64,000 nucleotides of DNA from contig CANKOY010000017.1 of NCBI GenBank assembly GCA_947484275.1, forward strand, positions 1-64,000. The letters are read 5' to 3'. The stretch comes from Planctomycetota bacterium. GTDB lineage: Bacteria > Planctomycetota > UBA1135 > GCA-002686595. Under the pieces are notes generated by a model, which was not told the origin of the DNA, searched no databases, and worked only from the letters and a program-made list of their open reading frames with translations. Of this stretch, positions 18,648 through 27,823 are shown piece after piece. The stretch's first letter is position 1; each line of letters starts with the position of its first letter. The position numbers and the translations under genes are program-made.

Positions 18648-18722
18648 GCACGGCCCGACGAGCGTGACGACGCCACGGCGAAGATCGCGAAGCCGCAGCA
18701 GGGCTCTTTTTCAATGGGCTGC
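18551..18722. repeat. Copy A of an approximately 175 bp palindromic intergenic element (MITE/REP-like).
   Basis: About 90% identical to 39839..40022 in the same orientation. The terminal arms are inverted repeats (cagcccgttgaaaaa...tttttcaatgggctg). The internal IR is gcggccttcctggccgc. Confidence 0.7.
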
Positions 18723-18728
18723 TAGGAT
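18720..18728 (+). promoter_or_regulatory. Extended -10-like element TGcTAGGAT, 11 nt upstream of the UDG start codon (near-leaderless).
   Basis: TG-n-TAGGAT matches the extended -10 TGnTATAAT at 5 of 6 hexamer positions. The same motif recurs upstream of two other start codons in this window. Confidence 0.35.
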
Positions 18729-18738
18729 CTGAAACTCC

Positions 18739-19452
18739 ATGGCGCGCCGAAGCACGAAGTCCAACGGCCGAGCTTCAGCCTGGACGACCCTCGAGCGCGA
18801 AATCGTCGGCTGCCGCGCCTGCCCGCGCTTGGTGCGCTGGCGCGAGGAAATCTCCTGCGTCAAACGCCGCGCCCACGCTGAGAAGGACTACTGGGGCCTG
18901 CCGGTGCCTTCCTTCGGGCCCCAGGACGCGCGCATCCTGCTGCTGGGTCTCGCCCCGGGGGCCCACGGGGCCAACCGCACGGGGCGGCCCTTCACGGGCG
19001 ACGGCGCCGGTCCCTTCCTTTATGGAGCGCTGCACCGGGCCGGGCTCGCCACGGGACCAGAATCGGTGTCACGGGACGACGGGCTCGAGCTGCGGGGCGC
19101 GCGGATCGCCAATGCGGTGCGCTGCGTCCCCCCGGGGAACAAACCGAGCCCGAGCGAGAGTCTGCGCTGCGCGCCATTCTTGGATCGCGAGTTGGAGCTG
19201 CTCGGGGAACTGCGCGTGATCCTCTGCCTGGGCGAAATTTCATGGCGCGCGGCCCACGGAGCCCTGGCGCGCCGAACCGACGGTCCAGCGCTGCGGCGAA
19301 CGCGCTTTGGCCACGGGGCCGTAGCCAAGATCGGCGCGCTGCACGTGCTTGGCTCTTACCACCCGAGCCAACTCAACACGCGCACAGGACGCCTGACCGC
19401 CGCGATGTTCGACGCCGTGATCGCGCGCGCGGTCGCCCTGGCGCGCGCGTAG
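18739..19452 (+). CDS. Uracil-DNA glycosylase, family 4/5 (thermostable UDG-type, Fe-S).
   Basis: GLAPGAHGANRTGRPFTGD motif. Cys residues (CRACPRL ... C) in the N-terminus are consistent with family-4/5 UDGs. A C-terminal HPS motif is present. Confidence 0.8.
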   Translation: MARRSTKSNGRASAWTTLEREIVGCRACPRLVRWREEISCVKRRAHAEKDYWGLPVPSFGPQDARILLLGLAPGAHGANRTGRPFTGDGAGPFLYGALHRAGLATGPESVSRDDGLELRGARIANAVRCVPPGNKPSPSESLRCAPFLDRELELLGELRVILCLGEISWRAAHGALARRTDGPALRRTRFGHGAVAKIGALHVLGSYHPSQLNTRTGRLTAAMFDAVIARAVALARA

Positions 19453-19461
19453 GGCCGGGCC

Positions 19462-20478
19462 ATGGAGTTCGAACCCCATCCGCTGCTGCGCGATGCGCAC
19501 GCGATGACCCTGGCGGGGATGCTGCCGCGCAAGTGGTTGGATCCTTCCTTTGCGCCACTGGCCCGCGGCGAGCCGCTGCACGTGCGGGTCGACCGCGAGA
19601 CCGAGGTCTTCGTCTGGGTGCACAGACAGCCCCACGACAGTGACGCGCCGCTCGCCGTGCTGCTGCACGGACTCTCCGGCAGCGCGGAGTCGCGCTACAT
19701 CCACGGGCTCGGAGCGCGCCTTTATGCCCGCGGTTTCCATGTGGCGCGCATGAACATGCGCAATTGCGGCGGCAGCGAACACCTGAGCGCGACCTTTTAT
19801 TGCACGGCCCAGAGCGGCGACGTGTTCGAGGTCGCCCGCGCGGCTCGCGAGCGCTGCGACGCGCCGCGCGTCTACGTCTGCGGTTGGTCCATGGGCGGCA
19901 ACATGGTGCTCAAGCTCGCCGGTGAACTTGCGGACCAAAGGCCGCCGTGGCTCGCGGCCGTAGCTGCGGTGTCGCCTGCGCTGGACCTCGAAGCGGCTCA
20001 ACGCTCGCTCGACGAAGTGGTCTCCAATGAGGTCTACCGGCGTTTTTTCCTGGGCCAGATGCGGGACCTGATCCGACGCAAGGAAGCGCGCTGGCCTGGA
20101 CGCTACTCCAGTCTGGGACTGGAGCGGATCGAGACCTTTCGCCATTGGGACGAGCGCGTGACCGCGCCCTACTTCGGTTTCGCAGATGCGCCCGACTTCT
20201 ATCGCCGCGGCGCGGCGCGGTCGGTGTTTGAGCGCATCTGTGTCCCCGTGTGCGTGGTCCACGCCCAGGACGATCCCTTCGTTCCCTTTGCGCCCTGGCA
20301 CGATCCCGATCTGCGCCCGAGGGCACGCTTCGAGTTCCACGGTCCGGCCTTTGGCGGTCACTGCGCTTTCATCTCCAGTGCCACGGGGCGCGAGCGTTTT
20401 TGGGCGGAGCAACGGATCAGCGATTTTTTCTGGCGCGAGGAGGCGCAGCGCGAGGAGAACGCCGCTGTTCACGTCTGA
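19462..20478 (+). CDS. Alpha/beta-fold hydrolase, YheT/COG0429-like.
   Basis: LLHGLSGSAESRY. Nucleophile elbow GWSMGG. Length and motif order are typical of the YheT/ABHD1-3 family. Confidence 0.8.
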   Translation: MEFEPHPLLRDAHAMTLAGMLPRKWLDPSFAPLARGEPLHVRVDRETEVFVWVHRQPHDSDAPLAVLLHGLSGSAESRYIHGLGARLYARGFHVARMNMRNCGGSEHLSATFYCTAQSGDVFEVARAARERCDAPRVYVCGWSMGGNMVLKLAGELADQRPPWLAAVAAVSPALDLEAAQRSLDEVVSNEVYRRFFLGQMRDLIRRKEARWPGRYSSLGLERIETFRHWDERVTAPYFGFADAPDFYRRGAARSVFERICVPVCVVHAQDDPFVPFAPWHDPDLRPRARFEFHGPAFGGHCAFISSATGRERFWAEQRISDFFWREEAQREENAAVHV

Positions 20479-20557
20479 AAGCGCGGCGGGTCGTCCTGAT
20501 CGCAGGGACACGCGCGAGTCGGCACGGGGAGCATTCAATCGGGGCGCCCCCTTCGGC

Positions 20558-20563
20558 TAGAAT
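20558..20563 (+). promoter_or_regulatory. TAGAAT -10-like hexamer flanked by a short inverted repeat (cttcgg/ccgaag), upstream of the efflux operon.
   Basis: ggcTAGAATcc is embedded in ccccttcgg...ccgaagctgg, about 65 nt upstream of the membrane-fusion-protein start. Confidence 0.25.
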
Positions 20564-20629
20564 CCTGCCCCCCCGAAGCTGGCTGGGAACTCCCCGCCGC
20601 CCCTCGCACACTCACCTGGCGCACGAAGC

Positions 20630-22039
20630 GTGGACCTCAATCAACTGAAAATCGACCGCGACGCCAACGGCGGCGCGCGCAAGCGACGTTCGCGCTTCCC
20701 GATCGGCTGGCTGGTGACGCTCGCGATCCTGGGCGGCGCGGTCTACGTTTTTTGGGAGCCACTGAATCGCTACGTCGATGATCTGCGCCTCCCCGAAGTC
20801 AGCGCGGTCAAGGCCCTGCGCTCCAGTCCCCTCGCCGCGAGCGCCGTGTCGGGCACGGCTGCCAATGGCTACATCATCGCCGCCAAGCGCGCGGCCCTGT
20901 CCGCGGACTCGCCGGGGCGCATCGTCGAGATGAACGTGGTCGAGGGCTCCGTGGTCAAGAAGGGCCAGGTGGTTGCGCGCCTGTACTCGGAGGAAGTGAA
21001 GGCCCTGGTGCAGCGCGCCGACGCGGACCTCATTGCTGCCAACGCATCCGTGGCCCGGGCCCAGGTCCAGTTGGAGGCCGCCGCGGCCGACCTCGAGCGC
21101 CTGCGCGCGGAGATCGCGCGCGCCGAGGCCTTGGTGGTCGAACCGCAGTTGCAGCGCGACTGGTACCGCACCGAGGTGGCGCGCTTTGAGAAGCTCGCCA
21201 AGGAGCAGATCCAGGATCAGCGCACCGCGGACGAGGCAGTGTCGCAATTGGCCCGCGCCGAGGCCTCGGTGAAGAGCGCTGAAGCCGGCGTGGCCCAGGC
21301 GCGCGCCATGTTTTCCCAGGGCGAGGCCCAGGTGCGCGTGCTCGACGCTTCGTTGAAGGAAGCCGGGTCGCGCATCGCCATCGTCGAGGCCGAGCGCGCC
21401 CAGGCCTTGGCGGCCCTGGACAAGCTCGAAGTCCGCGCGCCCTTCGACGGCGTCGTGGTTCTCAAGGACGCCGAAGTGGGCGAGGTCGTCAGCCCGAACT
21501 CCCAGGGCGGCAACTCGCGCGGCTCGGTGGCCACCATGGTCGATTGGGCGTCCTTGGAAGTCCAAGTCGAACTGCAGGAGACCAGCCTCGCGTCAGCCGT
21601 GGTCGGCGAGAGCGCGAACATCTACCTCGACGCCTATCCCGACCAGCTCTACCACGGCACGGTGCAGCGCATCTGGCCCACGGCGAATCGCCAGAAGGCC
21701 ACGGTCGAAGTGCGCGTCGGATTCAACGAACCAGGCGAGCGCCTGCGACCCGAGATGGGAGCCCGCGTCGTCTTCGGGGCGACGCCCCAGCCCGCAGAGG
21801 GAAGCGCAACCGAAGGCGAGCCCGCGATCATGATCCCGCGCGGCGCCCTGACCCTTGTGGATGGCGTCCAGGGAGTTTTCATTCTGGAGCGCGATGTCGC
21901 GCGCTTTTCGCCGGTGGAAACGGGCGATGAGCGCGGCGGTCGCGTGTTGGTCAAGTCAGGTCTCGTCGGTGGCGAGCGGCTGGTGAATGAACCGCCCGCG
22001 TTCCTCAAATCCGGCGACCGAGTGCGAGTCAAGGAGTAG
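20630..22039 (+). CDS. HlyD-family membrane-fusion/periplasmic adaptor protein of an ABC (MacA-like) efflux system.
   Basis: N-terminal TM. Long coiled-coil alpha-hairpin (ADLIAANASVARAQVQLEAAAADLERLRAEIARAEA...). Beta-barrel/lipoyl motifs. It sits upstream of an ABC ATPase and FtsX permeases. Confidence 0.85.
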   Translation: MDLNQLKIDRDANGGARKRRSRFPIGWLVTLAILGGAVYVFWEPLNRYVDDLRLPEVSAVKALRSSPLAASAVSGTAANGYIIAAKRAALSADSPGRIVEMNVVEGSVVKKGQVVARLYSEEVKALVQRADADLIAANASVARAQVQLEAAAADLERLRAEIARAEALVVEPQLQRDWYRTEVARFEKLAKEQIQDQRTADEAVSQLARAEASVKSAEAGVAQARAMFSQGEAQVRVLDASLKEAGSRIAIVEAERAQALAALDKLEVRAPFDGVVVLKDAEVGEVVSPNSQGGNSRGSVATMVDWASLEVQVELQETSLASAVVGESANIYLDAYPDQLYHGTVQRIWPTANRQKATVEVRVGFNEPGERLRPEMGARVVFGATPQPAEGSATEGEPAIMIPRGALTLVDGVQGVFILERDVARFSPVETGDERGGRVLVKSGLVGGERLVNEPPAFLKSGDRVRVKE

Positions 22040-22042
22040 CGA

Positions 22043-22756
22043 ATGAGCCAGGCGATGATCCGGGTCCAGGCCGTCACCAAGTCCTACCGCCGCGGCGGCG
22101 AGACCCTGGTGGTGCTCGACAAGTTGAACCTCCAGATGGAGGAAGGCCGCTTTTACGCATTGATGGGACCGTCAGGTTCGGGCAAGACGACGCTGCTCAA
22201 TTTGATCGGCGGCCTCGATCAGCCCGACGCCGGCGAACTGTACGTTTCCGGCGAGAATCTGTCGGACCTTTCCAAAGGCGAGTTGGCCAACTGGCGCGCG
22301 GCGAACGTCGGCTTCGTGTTCCAGGGCTTCAACCTGATCCCGGTGCTCTCGGCCTTCGAGAACGTGGAATTGCCGCTGAAGTTGACGCCGCTGTCGCGCA
22401 AGGAGCGCCGTGAGCACGCCGAGCACGCGCTCAAGCTCGTGGGCCTCGAAGACCGCATGCACCACCGGCCCAAGCAACTCTCAGGCGGACAGGAGCAGCG
22501 CGTCGCAATCGCGCGCGCAGTCGCCAGCGATCCGAAAGTGATCCTGGCCGACGAGCCCACCGGCGACCTCGACCGCAAGTCGGCGGAGCAGGTGCTCGAG
22601 TTGCTCGTGCGCCTCAACCGCGAGTTCAAGAAAACGATTCTGATGGTCACCCACGACCCCCACGCCGCGGCCCACGCGCAATCGATCGTGCACCTCGACA
22701 AGGGTCAGCTCGGCAGCATCGTGGACAACCAGCCCATGGCCCTGGGCCCGAAGTGA
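22043..22756 (+). CDS. ABC transporter ATP-binding protein, MacB/LolD-type.
   Basis: Walker [10 protein letters not shown]. Signature [14 protein letters not shown]. Walker [12 protein letters not shown]. LolD/MacB-like N-terminal motif pattern. Confidence 0.9.
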   Translation: MSQAMIRVQAVTKSYRRGGETLVVLDKLNLQMEEGRFYALMGPSGSGKTTLLNLIGGLDQPDAGELYVSGENLSDLSKGELANWRAANVGFVFQGFNLIPVLSAFENVELPLKLTPLSRKERREHAEHALKLVGLEDRMHHRPKQLSGGQEQRVAIARAVASDPKVILADEPTGDLDRKSAEQVLELLVRLNREFKKTILMVTHDPHAAAHAQSIVHLDKGQLGSIVDNQPMALGPK

Positions 22757-22760
22757 ATCC

Positions 22761-23924
22761 ATGGCATCGATGAAACTCGTCTGGCGCAACTTGATGCGCC
22801 ACCCGCTGCGCTCGGTGTTGACGATCCTGTCGCTGACCGTGGCGATCTTCTTGATCTGCGGTCTGCGCACGCTGATCACGACGCTCAACGCAGGCGTCGC
22901 GAACGCGGACAACCGCCGGCTCGCGGTGATGTCCTCCACCGGGCTCTTCGTCGAACTGCCGATGAAATACCAGGCCCAGATCGATCGCCTCGATGCTGTG
23001 GAGCAGACGACGAAATTCCAGTGGTTCGGCGGCTACTACAGGAGCCCGAAGAACTTTTTCGCCCAGTTCGCGATCGATCCCGCGACGCTGTTCTCGATGT
23101 ACCCAGAGTGCCAGGTGCCTCCGGAGCAGCAGCAGACGTTCCTCAAGAATCGCGTCAGTTGCATCGTCGGCAAAGGCCTGGCTGCGGACTACGGTTGGAA
23201 GGTGGGCGACACGGTCCCGATCATCGGCGCCCTGCATCCCCATCCGGAGAACAAGGCCTGGGAGTTCTATGTCGCGGGCGTCTATCGCTCGGACGCTCCG
23301 AACTTCGACAACCGCACACTGTTCTTCCACTGGGACTATTACGAGAAGACGCTCGAGTCCGGCGGCGTGACCCCGGGCGTCGGCGTGTTTTCCATTCGCG
23401 TCAAGCCCGGCACCGATGTGCCACAGGTGATCGCGGACGTCGAAAACCTCTTCAAGGACTCCGAGCAGCTGGTCTCCTGCGAAACGGAGGCTGAATTCCA
23501 GCGCCAGTTCGTGACGATGTTCGGGAACATCCCGCTGTTCGTCGGTTGGATCGGCGGTGGTGTGGTCCTCGCGATCTTGCTGGCCTGCGTCAACACGATG
23601 CTGATGAGCATGCGCGAGCAGACCACGGACATCGGCATCTTGAAGTCGATCGGCTTTAGCGATCGCTCGATGTTCGGCCTGTTGATCGCCCAATCGCTGT
23701 TCTTGTGCACGCTCGGCGGCGCCTTGGGTCTGTTGCTCGCCCGGGGCACGCAGCCCATGGTTTCCAACTGGTTTGCGGCCACTTTCCCCGGCTACGCGAT
23801 CACCAACGGGACGTACCTGTTCGCTTCCGCCGTAACGCTCGGGCTGGGAATCGCAGCGGGCGTGATGCCCGCGATGCAGGCACGGCGCTTGCGCTGCGTC
23901 GATGCCCTGCGAGGGATGGACTAA
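22761..23924 (+). CDS. ABC transporter permease, FtsX/MacB-type (first of two).
   Basis: N-terminal TM, large periplasmic domain, and a C-terminal 3-TM FtsX domain (GILKSIGFSDRSMFGLLIAQSL...). Confidence 0.85.
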   Translation: MASMKLVWRNLMRHPLRSVLTILSLTVAIFLICGLRTLITTLNAGVANADNRRLAVMSSTGLFVELPMKYQAQIDRLDAVEQTTKFQWFGGYYRSPKNFFAQFAIDPATLFSMYPECQVPPEQQQTFLKNRVSCIVGKGLAADYGWKVGDTVPIIGALHPHPENKAWEFYVAGVYRSDAPNFDNRTLFFHWDYYEKTLESGGVTPGVGVFSIRVKPGTDVPQVIADVENLFKDSEQLVSCETEAEFQRQFVTMFGNIPLFVGWIGGGVVLAILLACVNTMLMSMREQTTDIGILKSIGFSDRSMFGLLIAQSLFLCTLGGALGLLLARGTQPMVSNWFAATFPGYAITNGTYLFASAVTLGLGIAAGVMPAMQARRLRCVDALRGMD

Positions 23925-23929
23925 CCGCC

Positions 23930-25387
23930 ATGTTCGTACCGCTCAGCTACAACCTTCGCAGCCTGTTCGTTCGCAAGAGCGCCACGCTGCTGACCGTGCT
24001 TGGCATCGGCGCCACCGTGGCGATCGTGTCGGGTGTCATCGCCCTGCAGCAGGGATTCAGTTCGATGTTCACCGCCGGGGGCCGCGACGACGTCGCGATC
24101 TTCCTGCGTCCGGGCGCCAACAGCGAGGGCGACAGTCAATTCAGCCGCGACCGCGGATTGAAATTGATCAAGTCGATTCCTGAGATCGAACTCGGTCCCA
24201 ACGGGCCGGTCGCGTCGATGGAAGCCTACTTGGCCGTGCTGCTTTCGCCTTCGCGCGGAGGCGTGACCAATGTGCCCTTGCGCGGCGTTCAGCCGATGAC
24301 TTTCGAGATTCGCAAAAACGAGCTGCGCATCACCGAAGGCCGGAACTTCAATCCCGGCAGCGACGAGTTGATCGTTGGGCGGCGTTTGATCGGCCGCATC
24401 GACAACTGCTTCATCGGCGGCGAGATCAAACTCAACAAGACGCCCTTCCGCGTGGTGGGCGTGTTCGAGCATCCGGGACAATTCGGCGGGGAGGTCTGGG
24501 GCGACCTCGATCGACTGGTCAGCGCCATGGGCCGCTACGGCCCGAACCGCATGATCGCGCAGTTGAAACCGGGCACGGAGGTCGGCGCGCCCAATCCCAT
24601 GGCGGCCTTCAACATGGAGGAGCCCGAGCGCGGCATTGAGCGCATCCTCGAGTCCAAGATGGAGTCCACGGCCGCCGTGCATTCAACGGCCAAGCTGCTC
24701 TCGGGTCGGAGCGATTGGCGCGCGCTCCTGGACCTGTCGCCGGAGGAGTTCCAGCTTCAGCTGTCCCTGTCGGGCGTCGGGCCCGCGCCCGCGGAAGGGT
24801 CCGGCGCGGATCTCGCACTGGCCACGGAAATCCTGACCTATCTGGAGCAGGCGCGGGCCAAGCTCGATCCCACGCCCGGCTCCCTGGCGGACCGCCTGCG
24901 CAGCGACACGGAAGTCCCCGCCAAGGTTTTTTCGGAGAAGCAGTTCCTCGCCTCGCAGACGGTGATGCTGACCTTCATGCTCGTGGGATTGGGCGTCGGG
25001 CTCGGGCTGATCATGGGAACTGCCGCGGTGTTCACAGCCACCAACACGATGCTCTCGGCCTTGGCCGCGCGCACCAAGGAGATCGGGATCCTGCTGGCCA
25101 TGGGCTATCGCCCGATCCCGATTTTCATCTCGTTCATGATCGAGGCGCTGCTCCTCGGCTTGATCGGGGGACTCGTCGGCTGCCTGATGGCGCTGCCTTT
25201 CAATGGCGTGAGCGCCGGCACCATGAATTTTCAGACTTTCACGGAGATGGCTTTCGCGTTCCAAGTCACCCCGACCGTGTTGATCGTGGCCATCTCCTTC
25301 TCCGTCATGCTTGGTCTGCTCGGCGGCGCCCTGCCGGCCTGGCGTGCGGCGCGCATGAAAGTCACGGACGCAATTCGCCAAAGCTGA
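23930..25387 (+). CDS. ABC transporter permease, FtsX/MacB-type (second of two). Start taken at the internal Met MFVPLSYNLRS.
   Basis: Same architecture as the preceding gene, with an FtsX C-terminal 3-TM bundle (GILLAMGYRPIPIFISFMIEALLLGL...). The longer ORF from 23705 overlaps the previous gene in another frame. Confidence 0.8.
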   Translation: MFVPLSYNLRSLFVRKSATLLTVLGIGATVAIVSGVIALQQGFSSMFTAGGRDDVAIFLRPGANSEGDSQFSRDRGLKLIKSIPEIELGPNGPVASMEAYLAVLLSPSRGGVTNVPLRGVQPMTFEIRKNELRITEGRNFNPGSDELIVGRRLIGRIDNCFIGGEIKLNKTPFRVVGVFEHPGQFGGEVWGDLDRLVSAMGRYGPNRMIAQLKPGTEVGAPNPMAAFNMEEPERGIERILESKMESTAAVHSTAKLLSGRSDWRALLDLSPEEFQLQLSLSGVGPAPAEGSGADLALATEILTYLEQARAKLDPTPGSLADRLRSDTEVPAKVFSEKQFLASQTVMLTFMLVGLGVGLGLIMGTAAVFTATNTMLSALAARTKEIGILLAMGYRPIPIFISFMIEALLLGLIGGLVGCLMALPFNGVSAGTMNFQTFTEMAFAFQVTPTVLIVAISFSVMLGLLGGALPAWRAARMKVTDAIRQS

Positions 25388-25392
25388 CGCAG

Positions 25393-25743
25393 ATGTCGAG
25401 CCCGAACTACGAAAAGAAGCCCTGGGGCGAGTACCGCGTTCTGGAGCAGGGCGCCGGATTCAAGCTCAAGCGCATCGACGTCCTCCCGGGCAAGCGGCTG
25501 TCCTACCAGCGCCATGAACGGCGCAACGAGCATTGGATGGTCATCCACGGACGTGCGCGTGTCACGCTGGATGGCCGCGACATCGAACTCGGCCCGGGCC
25601 AGGCCCTGGACGTGCCCGCCGGAGCCGCCCATCGCGTGGAGTGCATCAGCTCGGAGACCTTGGTGTTCATCGAGGTTCAGACGGGGACCTACTTCGGCGA
25701 GGACGACATCCAGCGACTCGAGGACGACTTCGGCAGGGCCTAA
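25393..25743 (+). CDS. Cupin-2 domain protein (mannose-6-phosphate isomerase type-II C-terminal-like).
   Basis: 116 aa. WGEYRVLEQGAGFKLKRIDVLPGKRLSYQRHERRNEHWMVIHGRARV...GAAHRVE is a cupin beta-barrel with His/Glu metal-binding ligands. It begins 5 nt after the permease stop. Confidence 0.7.
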   Translation: MSSPNYEKKPWGEYRVLEQGAGFKLKRIDVLPGKRLSYQRHERRNEHWMVIHGRARVTLDGRDIELGPGQALDVPAGAAHRVECISSETLVFIEVQTGTYFGEDDIQRLEDDFGRA

Positions 25744-26121
25744 GTCCGGGTCCCAGTGAACCGGGCCCAAATGAAATCGCAGGCCTAGCTCGACTGCGGG
25801 CCGCGGGGCGCTAACTGCGTCCAAATGTCGGTCCCCGGGCCACGGCGACCGCGACGCGCTGCAGGATTGGACCCAGACTGCCGCCAACGCTCCCGCGCCC
25901 CCGCGCGTAAGGGCGCCAAACTGGCCTCGTCCGAGCGCCGACCGGGGCCACGGTCACGATCCGGTGTCTATCGCTTGCCCCCCATGCGCCGTCCTGCGTA
26001 ACCTCTTCGCCCCTCGAAGTCTCCGCCCTGAGGCGGAATCACCGCTCACCGCGCGTGGGCTGCCGATCGACTTCGCGGACGCTGAGCTTTCCCACGTCTC
26101 GCTCTCCCACTCTCCGCCCCC

Positions 26122-27069
26122 ATGATCGAGATCCACAAGCTGACCAAGCGGTTCGGCCTGTTCACCGCAGTCGACGACATCTCCTTTTCCGTCCAGAAGG
26201 GCACCGTGCTTGGCTTCCTAGGTCCCAACGGAGCGGGCAAGTCGACCACGATGAAAATGATCACAGGCTTCCTGTCGCCCACGTCGGGCAGCGCGAAGGT
26301 CTGCGGCCACGACGTCGAGTCGGAGCCCATCGCAGCCAAGTCGCGCCTGGGCTACCTGCCCGAAGGCGCGCCCCTGTACCCCGATATGACGCCGCGGGCG
26401 TTCCTCGGCTTCATCGCCGAGCTGCGCGGCATGGCTGGCGATCGTCGCGCGCGCATCGAGGAGGTCGTGGCCAAAATCAATCTGCAGAGCGTGCTCGATG
26501 TGCCGATCGAGCATCTTTCGAAGGGCTACAAGCGCCGCGTCGGAATCGCCCAGGCGATCCTGCACGACCCTGAGGTCTTGGTGCTCGACGAACCCACGGA
26601 TGGACTCGATCCCAACCAAAAGCACGAGGTGCGCGCCCTGATTCGCTCCATGGCCCGCGACAAGGTCGTGATCCTCTCCACGCACATCCTCGAGGAAGTC
26701 GAGGCCCTGTGCACCCGCACGATCATCATCTCCAACGGGAAACTGGTCGTGGATTGCTCACCGGCGGAACTGGCGGCGAAGTCGCGCTATCACAACGCGG
26801 TCTCGCTTCGCGTTCCCTCCAGTCAAAGTGAACGCATCGCTAAGACCCTGGGGGCCATGGAGCAAATTGCCAAGCTCGAAACCGTCCCGGGAAATCAAGG
26901 TCGCGACACACTGGTCGCTTTTCCGCGCAACGGCGCCTCGATCGCAGCGGACATTGGCGCAAAAGCGCGCGATGAACGCTGGGAAATTGATGAATTGCGC
27001 GTCGAGGCCGGCCGGCTCGACGAAGTCTTCCGCACCCTGACGGGCGCCACCTCGCCGTCCGCCCTCTGA
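26122..27069 (+). CDS. ABC-2-type transporter ATP-binding protein (GldA-like).
   Basis: Walker A GPNGAGKST. LSKGYKRRVGIAQAI signature. Walker B LVLDEPTDGLD. It is followed by ABC-2 permease and GldG-like genes. Confidence 0.9.
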   Translation: MIEIHKLTKRFGLFTAVDDISFSVQKGTVLGFLGPNGAGKSTTMKMITGFLSPTSGSAKVCGHDVESEPIAAKSRLGYLPEGAPLYPDMTPRAFLGFIAELRGMAGDRRARIEEVVAKINLQSVLDVPIEHLSKGYKRRVGIAQAILHDPEVLVLDEPTDGLDPNQKHEVRALIRSMARDKVVILSTHILEEVEALCTRTIIISNGKLVVDCSPAELAAKSRYHNAVSLRVPSSQSERIAKTLGAMEQIAKLETVPGNQGRDTLVAFPRNGASIAADIGAKARDERWEIDELRVEAGRLDEVFRTLTGATSPSAL

Positions 27070-27079
27070 ACCACGCGTC

Positions 27080-27820
27080 ATGTCCAAGACAATCACACTC
27101 ATGAAGCGCGAGTTGGCGGGCTACTTCGCCACGCCGGTCGCCTACGTCTTCCTGGTCATCTTCTTGCTGCTGAGCGGGATCCTGACTTTCTACGTCGGCA
27201 ACTTCTACGAGAACGGTCAGGCAGACCTGCAGGCGATGTTCGCCTTTCAGCCCTGGCTGTACCTGTTCCTGATCCCAGCCATTTCGATGCGCCTGTGGGC
27301 CGAAGAACGCAAGAGCGGCACGATCGAACTGTTGATGACCTTGCCGGTCTCCCTGGGCCAAGCCGTGCTGGCGAAGTTCATTGCCGCCTGGCTGTTCGCC
27401 GGGATCGCCCTGGCGCTGACATTCCCCTTCTGGATCACCGTCAATTTCCTCGGCAGCCCCGACAACGGAGTGATTCTGGCGAGCTACCTCGGCAGCTTCC
27501 TGATGGCCGGCGGCTTTTTGGCCATAGGCAGTTGCGTCTCCGCCTCGACCAAGAACCAGGTGATCGCCTTCGTGATCGGGGTGGCGATCTCGTTCATGTT
27601 CGTGATGGCCGGCTATCCAGCCGTGCTGAACTTCATCAAGGCGATCCCCGGAAGCGGTCAGACGCTGGTCGACGCGGTCAGCTCGCTTAGTTTCTTGACG
27701 CACTTCTATGCCATCACCACCGGAGTCATCGACGTGCGCGACCTGGTGTACTTCGGATCACTGATCGGTTGCTTCTTGTTCGCGAATGCTGCGTTGGTCG
27801 AACTCAAGAAGGCGGACTAG
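27080..27820 (+). CDS. ABC-2-type transporter permease (GldF-like).
   Basis: 246 aa with 6 predicted TM helices. Its position is typical of gldA-gldF-gldG-type operons. Confidence 0.8.
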   Translation: MSKTITLMKRELAGYFATPVAYVFLVIFLLLSGILTFYVGNFYENGQADLQAMFAFQPWLYLFLIPAISMRLWAEERKSGTIELLMTLPVSLGQAVLAKFIAAWLFAGIALALTFPFWITVNFLGSPDNGVILASYLGSFLMAGGFLAIGSCVSASTKNQVIAFVIGVAISFMFVMAGYPAVLNFIKAIPGSGQTLVDAVSSLSFLTHFYAITTGVIDVRDLVYFGSLIGCFLFANAALVELKKAD

Positions 27821-27823
27821 TCC

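Noticed and set aside
19240-20538. 432 aa minus-strand ORF antisense to the UDG and alpha/beta hydrolase genes
   Set aside because: It overlaps two well-supported plus-strand genes, and its composition is that of an antisense artefact.
22647-24682. 348 aa and 253 aa minus-strand ORFs inside the ABC permease genes
   Set aside because: They are antisense to FtsX-type permeases with clear TM architecture.
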